In this document: piece by piece, positions 21,429 through 30,222 of the stretch
Layout: every line of letters starts with the position of its first letter
Numbering within the stretch: position 1 is the first letter of the stretch
NCBI GenBank assembly: GCA_963668645.2
Contig: CAXXWC010000018.1
Span: forward strand, 96,001-160,000
Reading direction: 5' to 3'
Length of the DNA: 64,000 nt
Origin: Desulfobacterales bacterium
Lineage (GTDB): Bacteria; Desulfobacterota; Desulfobacteria; Desulfobacterales; UBA2174
Program-made: the position numbers and the translations under genes
Notes under the pieces: generated by a model
The model's input: only the letters and a program-made list of their open reading frames with translations
What the model was told of the DNA's origin: nothing
The model's database searches: none

Positions 21429-21454
21429 TTGGGAAGTGGTGGATGATTGTGGTT
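21429..21454 (+). promoter_or_regulatory. Second, oppositely oriented array of three MraZ-box-like hexamers
   Basis: TTGGGA (21429), GTGGAT (21439) and GTGGTT (21449) at exact 10-bp period. Confidence 0.55.
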
Positions 21455-21499
21455 GTAATTTATGCCAAGGCGGCTTTTATATTCACTTTTGCCCATGCC

Positions 21500-21528
21500 T
21501 TGACAGACCGATCATGTCCCGGTAGACA
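21500..21528 (+). promoter_or_regulatory. Putative sigma70 promoter for speD-speE
   Basis: TTGACA-N17-TAGACA about 30 bp upstream of speD. Confidence 0.5.
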
Positions 21529-21558
21529 GGGGCACGAACCATATACTTAGAATTGAAA

Positions 21559-22503
21559 ATGCTTGATCTTTTTGAAGGTCCTGAAAAGAAACTGGAAATT
21601 CTTCTCCACCGGCCCGATCAGACCCTTCGTGACGACCCGGGCGGCCGGTGGACCGGAGTGGTCCAGGCCAGCGGTGCGGCGATCATCAGCCGCATCTGCG
21701 ATGAGCACCTTGACGCCTACCTGCTCAGCGAATCGAGCCTTTTTGTCTGGAACGATCGCATCCTGATGATCACCTGCGGTGATACGACCCTCATCGACGC
21801 CGTACCGGCCATTATGCATTTGGTGGATCCGGACAATGTCGCCATGGCGTTTTACGAACGCCGTCGGTTGATGTTTCCTCAGGCTCAACCGGAAGCCGCC
21901 GATTTCGAAGCCGAAGTGATGCGCCTCAGCCGGTGGTTCGGCGGACGGAGCTATCGGCTGGGACCGGCCAACCACGACCATGTGCATGTTTTTTTTGCGG
22001 GCCGTACTCCGGTGCATCTGGACCAGGACATGACCCTGGAACTGCTCATGACGGGATTGGCGCCGGAGCGGGCAGCGCTGTTTTACACCCGCCATGCCGA
22101 CAGTCCGGCCACCGGGGCGATCCTGGCCCGCCTGAAACGGCTTTTCCCGGGAATGCGGATGGACAGTCATTTTTTCGAGCCGCACGGGTACTCGCTCAAT
22201 GCGATTCGAACCGATGTATACTGCACCGTTCATGTCACGCCCCAGCCCGAAGGCTCCTATGCCTCTTTTGAGACGAATCTGCGCCAGGCAGATCTTCGCA
22301 GCCTGGTCGACGGGTTGATCGATATTTTTCGGCCGCAGCGTTTTTGCCTGGTGGACACCAGGACTCTGGGTTCGGGTTCTGTTTCACAACCGGATCGGTT
22401 CGGATTGCCGTTTCAAGGCTATGCGGTCACCGAGGAAGGCCGCCATAAGTTTGACTGCGGTTACGCGATCCGCTTTTTAAATCTGATCCGCGCTTCGAGC
22501 TGA
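21559..22503 (+). CDS. speD: S-adenosylmethionine decarboxylase proenzyme, eukaryote-type
   Basis: FEGPEKKLE, YLLSESSLFV (E/S autocleavage site), ITCGDT, GYSLN and HVTPQPEGSYASFETN motifs; about 314 aa. Confidence 0.9.
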   Translation: MLDLFEGPEKKLEILLHRPDQTLRDDPGGRWTGVVQASGAAIISRICDEHLDAYLLSESSLFVWNDRILMITCGDTTLIDAVPAIMHLVDPDNVAMAFYERRRLMFPQAQPEAADFEAEVMRLSRWFGGRSYRLGPANHDHVHVFFAGRTPVHLDQDMTLELLMTGLAPERAALFYTRHADSPATGAILARLKRLFPGMRMDSHFFEPHGYSLNAIRTDVYCTVHVTPQPEGSYASFETNLRQADLRSLVDGLIDIFRPQRFCLVDTRTLGSGSVSQPDRFGLPFQGYAVTEEGRHKFDCGYAIRFLNLIRASS

Positions 22504-22532
22504 GGCCTTCATCCCGTGAAGAGGTTGATTTG

Positions 22533-23414
22533 ATGAGCGACGTTGCCGACCGGCCGGATCTGTGGCTGCGCGAAGTGCACCAGGATGCGGTGGCCTTGGC
22601 GTTTCGGGTGGTGCGCACCATTTTCTCCGGCCGCAGCGACTATCAACGGGTGGATGTGGTGGAAACCGCCGCCCACGGCCGGATGCTGCTCAACGACGGA
22701 GTCGTCATGCTCAGCGAGCGCGACGAGTTCGTCTACCACGAGATGATCGCCCATGTGCCGCTCTTCGTGCACCCGGCGCCCCGGCGGGTGCTGATCGTCG
22801 GCGGGGGAGACGGCGGCACGGCGCGCGAGGTGCTGCGCCACCGGCAAATCGATCAGGTGGTGCTGGTGGAAATCGATGCGCTGGTAGTCGAGGCCTGTCG
22901 GCGCCACCTGCCGGCGGTGGCCGCATCCTTCGACGATCCGCGCCTGAAGCTGATTATTGACAACGGGGTGACTTACGCGGCCCGGTGCCGCCGGACCTTC
23001 GATGTGGTGATCGTCGATTCGACCGATCCGGTGGGCCCGGCCCAGCCGCTCTTTGATGAGGCTTTCTATCGCTCGGTTTTCCGGCTTCTTTCCGATGACG
23101 GCATTCTGGTGACCCAGGCCGAATCTCCCTTTTACGACAACGCCTTGCAGCGCCAGATGCTCGCCCGCCAGCGGTCCTGCTTCCAAAGGCTGCACCTCTA
23201 TCTGTTTCCGACCCTGACCTATCCCGGCGGGTTGTGGAGTTTCGGCTTTGCTTCCAAGGGGTTCTGCCCTGTGGGCGATTTGGATCCCGGCCGCATCGCT
23301 GCCGCCGATCTGGCCTGCCGCTATTACAGCGCCGCGGTCCACCGCGCCGCCTTTGCCCTTCCCAGATTTCTGGTGGAATCGCTCGGGGCGCTTCTCGATC
23401 CGCTGACGCTGTAG
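22533..23414 (+). CDS. speE: Polyamine aminopropyltransferase (spermidine synthase)
   Basis: DEFVYHEMIAH, VGGGDGG, EID and DSTDPVGP motifs. Confidence 0.95.
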   Translation: MSDVADRPDLWLREVHQDAVALAFRVVRTIFSGRSDYQRVDVVETAAHGRMLLNDGVVMLSERDEFVYHEMIAHVPLFVHPAPRRVLIVGGGDGGTAREVLRHRQIDQVVLVEIDALVVEACRRHLPAVAASFDDPRLKLIIDNGVTYAARCRRTFDVVIVDSTDPVGPAQPLFDEAFYRSVFRLLSDDGILVTQAESPFYDNALQRQMLARQRSCFQRLHLYLFPTLTYPGGLWSFGFASKGFCPVGDLDPGRIAAADLACRYYSAAVHRAAFALPRFLVESLGALLDPLTL

Positions 23415-23541
23415 CCCGCCTTTGCCGCCTTGATACGTATTTGCGCTTTTCAGGAAACGGTCTTTTGTGGTAGCGCCTGGCGGACCGGCTGGCGCCGGGA
23501 ACGACTGCACAAAACCTTTGCAACCCCCCGGAGAGGCTCCC

Positions 23542-23997
23542 ATGCGCCGTAAAGACAAGGAAATTGCTGGACTGGATCGGATCGAGGCGGTGATCCGGCG
23601 CGCCACGGTCTGCTTTCTGGCCCTCTGCGACGGGGGCCAGCCATACGTGGTGCCGCTGAGCTTCGGTTATGCCCGCGAGCGGCTCTATTTTCACTCGGCA
23701 GCCCAGGGGCGCAAGATCGACCTGATCCGGCGCAATCCACGCGTCGGTTTTTCCCTGGAGGCCGGCCATACCGTGGTCGAGGCTGAAAACCCCTGTAGTT
23801 GGAGCCTGCGCTATGAGAGCGTCATCGGTGAGGGGCGGGCGGTCATGGTGGACGATCCGGCGGAAAAGCGTTTCGCCTTGGCGTGCATTTTGGCGCATTA
23901 CGGCGGCACAGCCCAGGCCATCGATGACGGGCGGCTGGCCGGGACATCGGTGATTCGCGTCGACATCGCCAAGATGACGGGAAAGCGTTCAGTATGA
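23542..23997 (+). CDS. Pyridoxamine 5'-phosphate oxidase-like / NimA-type flavin-binding protein
   Basis: MRRKDKEI, PYVVPLSFGY, YFHSAAQGRK and YESVIG motifs. Confidence 0.85.
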   Translation: MRRKDKEIAGLDRIEAVIRRATVCFLALCDGGQPYVVPLSFGYARERLYFHSAAQGRKIDLIRRNPRVGFSLEAGHTVVEAENPCSWSLRYESVIGEGRAVMVDDPAEKRFALACILAHYGGTAQAIDDGRLAGTSVIRVDIAKMTGKRSV

Positions 23998-24683
23998 AGC
24001 CGAAGACGGTGAGGCGCCACGCTTCGATCACGGATCAAGAGGCCGTGGAGCGGATGTGCCGCGTGGCCCGCCGCATCTTCAACGCCGCCCGCGGCAGCCA
24101 CGGTTGGGACCATACCCTGAGGGTGGTGCGCCTATGCGAGCGGATGGGGCCGCTGGAAGGGGCCGACATGACGGTGCTGCGCATCGCCGCCTACCTGCAC
24201 GACATCGGCCGCGGCCGCCAGGATGCGCTCAACGGGGCCCTTTGTCACGCCGACCAGGGGGCCCGGATGGCCCAGCGGCTGCTCGGGCCGCTGGGGCTGA
24301 GCGCCGAACGGCGCGATAACGTGGTCCATTGCATTCACAGCCATCGTTATCGTTGCGACCCGCCGCCGGCCACCCTTGAGGCGCGGATCCTCTTCGATGC
24401 CGACAAGCTCGACGCCATCGGGGCAGTGGGGGTAGCCCGGGCCTTTCTTTTCGCCGGCGAACTGGGCGCCCGGCTCCACTGCCCCGAAGTTGCGGTAGAT
24501 CGAAGCTCACCTTACGGCCCCGAGGACACCGGTTACCGCGAGTACATGGTCAAACTGCGTTTCGTTCACCAGCGGATGCTCACCGCCAGCGGACGCCGTC
24601 TGGCCGCCGCGCGCCACGACTTCATGACCCGCTTTTTCGAGCGTTTCCTGCAGGAAATCGACGGCCGCGACGACGGATGCTGA
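23994..24683 (+). CDS. HD-domain phosphohydrolase (YedJ-like)
   Basis: SHGWDHTLRV, LHDIG and DADKLDAIGAVG motifs. Confidence 0.85.
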   Translation: MKPKTVRRHASITDQEAVERMCRVARRIFNAARGSHGWDHTLRVVRLCERMGPLEGADMTVLRIAAYLHDIGRGRQDALNGALCHADQGARMAQRLLGPLGLSAERRDNVVHCIHSHRYRCDPPPATLEARILFDADKLDAIGAVGVARAFLFAGELGARLHCPEVAVDRSSPYGPEDTGYREYMVKLRFVHQRMLTASGRRLAAARHDFMTRFFERFLQEIDGRDDGC

Positions 24684-24731
24684 GTCTTCGCGCGCCGGCC
24701 CTTCCGGCCATGCGAACGGCGCTTGGAGGGG

Positions 24732-27461
24732 CTATGCAGCGGTTTTGGCCAGGGCTTGGACCGTTTGTGGATCCAGGTTCTGGTCGTAGCGGATGTGCAG
24801 AGAATATTCGTTGGCCATCAGGTCGTTGACCCCGATGACGGTGCCGCAGGTCGATACTTTGCGCGGGGCTCCGGCCAGCGGGATGACAAATTCGAGCTGG
24901 AGCCGCCGGCCGAGCAGGATGCGGGCGGTTTGCGAATTGGCCGATCCGATGCAAAACGCGATCCCACCTTGCGAGCAATCGCACAGGGCCCCGAGAAAGG
25001 GGCGTCCCACGGCCCGCCCCTTGCGATCCTGGATTTGGACCTTGATCCTCCCCTGAATTTGATAGCGCGGATAGCGGCGCCGATCCATGCCCCGGCGCCG
25101 GAGCTGTTCGGCGATGGTGTCCTGGCGTGCGACATGGTCTTGCAGTTTTGACTTGAGTCCGGGATGGTCGGGGTGGAGTTTTTCCAGAAGGTCGCGGGCC
25201 AGGCATGTGGCCGCCACCGGACCCATCGCGATGACGGCCACGGTGGACACCGTGGCTTTGAAAAAGCTGTCTGCGCCCACGATGCTGCCCGTTTGGGGCC
25301 GGTCGATGAGCATCTCGCGCGAACCCTGGCGGTGAACGATCTTGACCGTCCCTTGATTGATGAAGCAGAGCCGGTTGTTAATCCGGCCCTGGTGCACCAG
25401 GGTGTCGTCAGGAGCGAAGTTTTCCGCTGTCATGGCGTGGAAGAGAGCGTTGCGCTCGGCTTCGCTGAGCTGGGCGTACAGAGGCGCGAAGGTTTTAAGA
25501 TGGTCGGGGTCGATGGCCCGGGATTTTTCCGCTTCGATGATTTCCCCGGCCTGGATGATCGGGCCCAACGCCAGGGCGTCGATCTCGTAAAGTTTTTCAT
25601 GGAGTCGTTCGGCCTCGGCGAAGCGCTTGGCCTTGGCTGCGGCGGTGACCATGGCCAGCAGGTGCGCTACGGCGGTCTCACTCTGGCCGGCGGCCGCCAG
25701 GCGGTCGATTTCAGCCTCGGTCGCCGGGGGGCTGGAGGCGGGATGCGGGGCCTGACCCGGCGGTGCGGGCTTCGATGCGGCGTTGGGGCCTGGATCGGCG
25801 CGGAGCAGCGCCAGGGCTTGGCGTGCGGCGCTTTCCACCTGTTCTGCCGGTCCTCGGGAAAAGAGGCCGTGGGGCTCAAGGATCTTTGAAAGCGCCGGAA
25901 TCGCTGCCGTATCACCGATGCGCCCCAGGGCGACACAGATTTTCTCCGCCAGCGCTTCGCCGGCTTTGGGGTAACGCGGTGCAAAGGATTCGAGCATGGC
26001 CGTCAGGGGGGCCGCAGCCGGCCGGTAAGCCAAGGCGCCCAGGAGCGTTACGACATTGATTTTGAGATGCTCATCCGCATCGGGCAAAAACCGGAGTAGA
26101 ATTTCCCCGCGGCGTTCGTCCTCGACGGTATAAAGGCCGCTCAGGGCTTCACGCTGGATACTGGGGTCCGGGTTGGCGAGCAGGCGTTCGAAGACCGGCA
26201 GATCTTCGGGGCGCCCGATTTTGCCCAGCAGTCCGGCCAGATTGCGCAGGTAGTACCACGGCCCGCCGTTGCCGATGCGGTGCAGCACCGGCCCGCGCAG
26301 TCCGTCTCCCAGCTCGGGCAGCAGACGCATCAGATGGCTGCGTTCACGGCGGATATCGGTGACGCGAAGCTGTTCGAGCATGAAATCGGCCGGGGCCGGC
26401 ATCAAGAGGCGCAGGATCCGGGCAATGACCTCCTGGATGGCCGGCGAACCTTCCAGGTGGCTTTTTATCAACCCGTGCAGCAGCGATTCTTCGGCGATGC
26501 TCTCCATCAGGGTGCGGATCAGGTTGCGCATTCCCGCGGGGCAGGCGCTGTTTGCCGCTGCGCTGTCAAGCGCTTCCAGGATGCGCCCGGCGGACCGGAA
26601 ACGTCCGTTGCGAAGATGGGTCTGAACCACCGCCTTGATATGGGCGAAGAGACTTTCCACGGCCGGTGAGGAGTGGTCCGGTTCGGTGGCGAAGCTTTGG
26701 TTCAGAAGGGATGCCAGGGTTCCCGATTCCAGGCCGAGGCCTGGCGCGCCTTTCTGCCCGCCGGTGCGCGAACCGCTCCCGCCATCCAGGTCGGCAAGCC
26801 CGGCAAGCAATTGATCGAAAACAGCCTGGGTCTCTGCCGACCGGCCGCCCTGGGCCAAATCCGCAAAGGGCTGCAAGCCTGAATAAAGAACCCGGGTAAC
26901 CTCCTGGGGGCCTGCTCCCGGCGTTTCGGATATGCCGGTTTGGGGTGAGGCCGCGCCGGCCTCCGGCTCTGCTTCGTTGGCCTCTTTAGCCGGAGCGATG
27001 CGCTGGCCCTTGTCCAGGGCCACGAAGCGTTTTTCATCGATGCGGATATGGGGCAGGTGCCGCCGTTTGACCAGGGCTGCCATGCCTCCCGCGGCGGCGA
27101 TCTTATCGGCCTCGCCGCTTAGCAGCTCGAGAAATACATGCAACTCGTAGAAACCGAGCCCCCGCTGTAACGACAGGGTGCGCACCCCCAACTCGATCAT
27201 GGTGTTCAGGAAAGCACGCACTTGGGGTCGTTGCAGGATTTTTTCATTCAACGGCTGATCGTCGACAATCAAGACCTTTTCGGCTTCGGCAAAAACCACC
27301 TGCTCGGTTTGTGAGAGCAGAAAGGAGACGCTCCGCTGGACCTTGTCCAGGGCGTCTTGAATCATGGGGTTGCCGCTTGGATAGAGGCGCAGGGTGCGAA
27401 TCGCGTTGTTGATGGCCATGATGGTCTGGACGGCGTCGGCCTGAATACTGCTTTTGGGCAT
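24732..27461 (-). CDS. HEAT-repeat + cyclic-nucleotide-binding-like + PilZ domain protein
   Basis: N-terminal LYPSGNP motif, PWYYLRN HEAT repeats, a cNMP beta-roll, and a C-terminal PilZ domain (RRYPR, DCSQGG). Confidence 0.75.
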   Translation of the reverse strand: MPKSSIQADAVQTIMAINNAIRTLRLYPSGNPMIQDALDKVQRSVSFLLSQTEQVVFAEAEKVLIVDDQPLNEKILQRPQVRAFLNTMIELGVRTLSLQRGLGFYELHVFLELLSGEADKIAAAGGMAALVKRRHLPHIRIDEKRFVALDKGQRIAPAKEANEAEPEAGAASPQTGISETPGAGPQEVTRVLYSGLQPFADLAQGGRSAETQAVFDQLLAGLADLDGGSGSRTGGQKGAPGLGLESGTLASLLNQSFATEPDHSSPAVESLFAHIKAVVQTHLRNGRFRSAGRILEALDSAAANSACPAGMRNLIRTLMESIAEESLLHGLIKSHLEGSPAIQEVIARILRLLMPAPADFMLEQLRVTDIRRERSHLMRLLPELGDGLRGPVLHRIGNGGPWYYLRNLAGLLGKIGRPEDLPVFERLLANPDPSIQREALSGLYTVEDERRGEILLRFLPDADEHLKINVVTLLGALAYRPAAAPLTAMLESFAPRYPKAGEALAEKICVALGRIGDTAAIPALSKILEPHGLFSRGPAEQVESAARQALALLRADPGPNAASKPAPPGQAPHPASSPPATEAEIDRLAAAGQSETAVAHLLAMVTAAAKAKRFAEAERLHEKLYEIDALALGPIIQAGEIIEAEKSRAIDPDHLKTFAPLYAQLSEAERNALFHAMTAENFAPDDTLVHQGRINNRLCFINQGTVKIVHRQGSREMLIDRPQTGSIVGADSFFKATVSTVAVIAMGPVAATCLARDLLEKLHPDHPGLKSKLQDHVARQDTIAEQLRRRGMDRRRYPRYQIQGRIKVQIQDRKGRAVGRPFLGALCDCSQGGIAFCIGSANSQTARILLGRRLQLEFVIPLAGAPRKVSTCGTVIGVNDLMANEYSLHIRYDQNLDPQTVQALAKTAA

Positions 27462-27642
27462 CGGTTCTCCTTTACCGGCGCGATGTATTTCCCGCTGGGC
27501 GAGCTGGATTTCTCAAATTGAGTCATGTGTTTTTTTTTGTCAATCCGAGAGGCGTCTTGACGGGCCCTTAGCCTTGCAGATATGAGTCAAGGCAATCGAT
27601 TTGGATTTTCCATCACATGTCGAGTCGAAAGGATCGCTGATC

Positions 27643-28323
27643 ATGACAATCAACGTCGTTACCCGTATTGACGCCGAGGTGCCGCTGCGCCGTATCCTGG
27701 TGAGCGTCTCGGACAAAAGCGGCCTGGATCTTTTCATCCCCAATCTTCTGGACATCAATCCGGGCCTGCGGATTTTTTCCACCGGTGGGACCTTCGAGCG
27801 GATCCGCCAGATCCTCGGCAACCGGGCCGATGGGGTGTTGACCCAGGTGTCGGATTACACCGGCCAGCCCGAAACCCAGGGCGGACTGGTCAAGACCCTC
27901 GATTTCAAGATCTATCTCGGCCTGCTCACCGAGACGTACAACCCGGCCCACCAGGCGGACCTGGAGCGCACCGCAGCCGTGCCCATCGACATGGTGGTGG
28001 TCAATCTCTACCCCTTCGAGCAGACCGTGGCCGCAGCCGGAACCACCGCCGAACAGGCCCGGGGCAACATCGATATCGGCGGTCCCTGCATGATCCGGGC
28101 GGCGGCCAAAAATTTTATCCGGGTGGCCCCGGTGGTCGATCCGGCCGATTATCCCATGATCGCCGAGGCTTTGAAGGCCAATGCCGGCGCCACTTCGCTG
28201 CAACTTCGTCTCGGGTTGGCCAAGAAGGCTTTCGCCCACACGGCGCGCTACGACCAGGCCATCGCCGCCTACCTTGAGCCGCGCACGCTGGAGGAAGTGG
28301 AAGGCTGTTATTTTGGAAAATAG
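27643..28323 (+). CDS. purH: Stand-alone IMP cyclohydrolase (PurH N-terminal, MGS-like domain)
   Basis: LVSVSDKSG, STGGT, VKTL, VVNLYPF and IDIGGP motifs; ends before the transformylase domain. Confidence 0.85.
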   Translation: MTINVVTRIDAEVPLRRILVSVSDKSGLDLFIPNLLDINPGLRIFSTGGTFERIRQILGNRADGVLTQVSDYTGQPETQGGLVKTLDFKIYLGLLTETYNPAHQADLERTAAVPIDMVVVNLYPFEQTVAAAGTTAEQARGNIDIGGPCMIRAAAKNFIRVAPVVDPADYPMIAEALKANAGATSLQLRLGLAKKAFAHTARYDQAIAAYLEPRTLEEVEGCYFGK

Positions 28324-28429
28324 CCAGGCCCCCGGTTAATCACGGGGGTGGCCATCCACTCGGCGGTTGTTTCCGTTTTGAATCCGTATCAATAATTTGG
28401 CGTCGCAATCCGTTGCTCTGGAGGATCCC

Positions 28430-29680
28430 ATGGCAGAAGACCTCAAGAAGATGTACCGCACCATCGTTACCGATCATTTTCCGCCGCAGATGGAAATCAG
28501 CTTCGTGGAAGCCGAGCGGCGCCAGACCCTTTTTTACGAAAAGGTCACCTGGCACATCGGCGATGAGGATCGGGGGCTGCGCTACGGAGAGAACCCCGGC
28601 CAGGAGGCAGCCCTCTATCGGCTGGTCAATGGCAACCTCGTACTGGGCGAAACCGCGACAATCCTAGCGGGACGGTACCTGGCTTCGGATATCGAGCTGC
28701 TCCAGTCGGGCAAGCATCCGGGCAAGACCAACCTCACCGACGCGGATAACGCGCTGAACATCCTGCGCTATTTCACCGATCGGCCCACCGCGGTGATCGT
28801 CAAGCACAACAACCCCTGCGGCGTGGCGCGGGACGAAAGCCTGGAGACGGCCTACCGGCGGGCTTACATGGCCGATCGGGTGGCCGCTTTCGGCGGCTGC
28901 ATCGCCGTCAACCGCCCCCTGGATCTGGCCACGGCCGAGGCGGTGGCCGCCCAATACGCCGAAGTGGTCGTGGCGCCGGAATTCGAGGAGGGAACCTTGG
29001 CGGTGCTGGCGCGGCGCAAAAACCTGCGCGTGGTGCGCATCGGCAACATCGCCCGGCTGCAGCAATTCGTAGGCCAGCGCTGTGTGGACTTCAAGAGCCT
29101 GATCGACGGCGGGCTGATCGTCCAGTGGTCCTTTGTGCCCCAGGCCCGCACCGCGGCCGACTTGACCCTGGCCGGCTGCGAATACCAGGGCCGCAGCTAC
29201 CGCATCGAGCGGGAACCGAGCGCCGACGAAATCGAGGATCTGCTCTTCGGCTGGCTGGTGGAATCCGGGGTGACCTCCAATTCGGTGATCTACGTCAAGG
29301 ACAACGTCACCGTGGGGATCGGCACCGGTGAACAGGACCGGGTCGGGGTGGCCGAGATCGCCCGCGACAAGGCGTACCGCAAGCTGGCGGATCGATACTG
29401 TTTCGAAGCCTACGGCGAGGCTTACAACGATCTGGCCGATGCGGATCGCAAGGCCGGCATCGACGCGCGAGTGGCGGCCGAAAAGGGGGGCCTGGTGGGG
29501 GCCGCCATGGTCAGCGACGCCTTTTTCCCCTTTCGTGACGGGGTGGATGTGGGATTGCGCGAAGGGGTGACCGCGGTGATCCAGCCGGGCGGTGCCAACA
29601 ACGACCACCAGGTCATCACGGCCTGCAACGAGGCCAGTGCGACCATGGTCTTTACCGGTCAGCGCTGCTTCAAACATTGA
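28430..29680 (+). CDS. purH: Stand-alone AICAR transformylase (PurH C-terminal domain)
   Basis: LRYGENP, IVKHNNPCG (catalytic KH), SDAFFPF, IQPGG and terminal RCFKH motifs. Confidence 0.88.
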   Translation: MAEDLKKMYRTIVTDHFPPQMEISFVEAERRQTLFYEKVTWHIGDEDRGLRYGENPGQEAALYRLVNGNLVLGETATILAGRYLASDIELLQSGKHPGKTNLTDADNALNILRYFTDRPTAVIVKHNNPCGVARDESLETAYRRAYMADRVAAFGGCIAVNRPLDLATAEAVAAQYAEVVVAPEFEEGTLAVLARRKNLRVVRIGNIARLQQFVGQRCVDFKSLIDGGLIVQWSFVPQARTAADLTLAGCEYQGRSYRIEREPSADEIEDLLFGWLVESGVTSNSVIYVKDNVTVGIGTGEQDRVGVAEIARDKAYRKLADRYCFEAYGEAYNDLADADRKAGIDARVAAEKGGLVGAAMVSDAFFPFRDGVDVGLREGVTAVIQPGGANNDHQVITACNEASATMVFTGQRCFKH

Positions 29681-29825
29681 GCGCCGGGATTGCTTTTCTG
29701 CTTGGCATTCGCGGTGATCTTCTCTATAAACACCGGCCTAACCGCCGAGGGAGTCACCCGAGGACGGACACCAGCCAAACGGTTCAGGTGCCATGCCACC
29801 GGAACCCGTGACGGGGAATGCTGCT

Positions 29826-30113
29826 ATGAAGGATATGCGGTTTCCGGATCTGAGCGGAAAGATCATCTTGATCTACCTGACCAACCAGTGTGACGAGCAC
29901 AACGTGGTGCTCGAACAGGCCCGTTTTCAGATGCAGGGGGACAGACTCTTTGTCGTCGGGGTGTTTGCCGAAGGCACGACGGCCAACGACTGGGCTACGG
30001 GAATTCCCACTGCCGTGGCCTGGAGCAACGTTGAACAGTACCTGGTCTTCGATTCGTTGGAGGACTACTTCTACCGGATTTCTCTGGCTCACGAGAATCA
30101 GACGCTCCAATAG
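29826..30113 (+). CDS. Small hypothetical protein (95 aa)
   Basis: Protein-like composition in the only plausible frame; no family recognised. Confidence 0.6.
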   Translation: MKDMRFPDLSGKIILIYLTNQCDEHNVVLEQARFQMQGDRLFVVGVFAEGTTANDWATGIPTAVAWSNVEQYLVFDSLEDYFYRISLAHENQTLQ

Positions 30114-30222
30114 AAGCTTTGGGGTCAGGCGGCTTGCACAACCCGGCCGGCGCCGGGCCCCCTTGATTCTTTTTTCCCCACCAGGAATAAAGGACGGTGC
30201 CAGCCGTCCGCCCCCCCTTTAT

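Noticed and set aside
29681..29825. Possible riboswitch (ZTP or c-di-GMP) near the purH genes
   Set aside because: It lies downstream of purH and lacks the conserved aptamer motifs; only generic hairpins.
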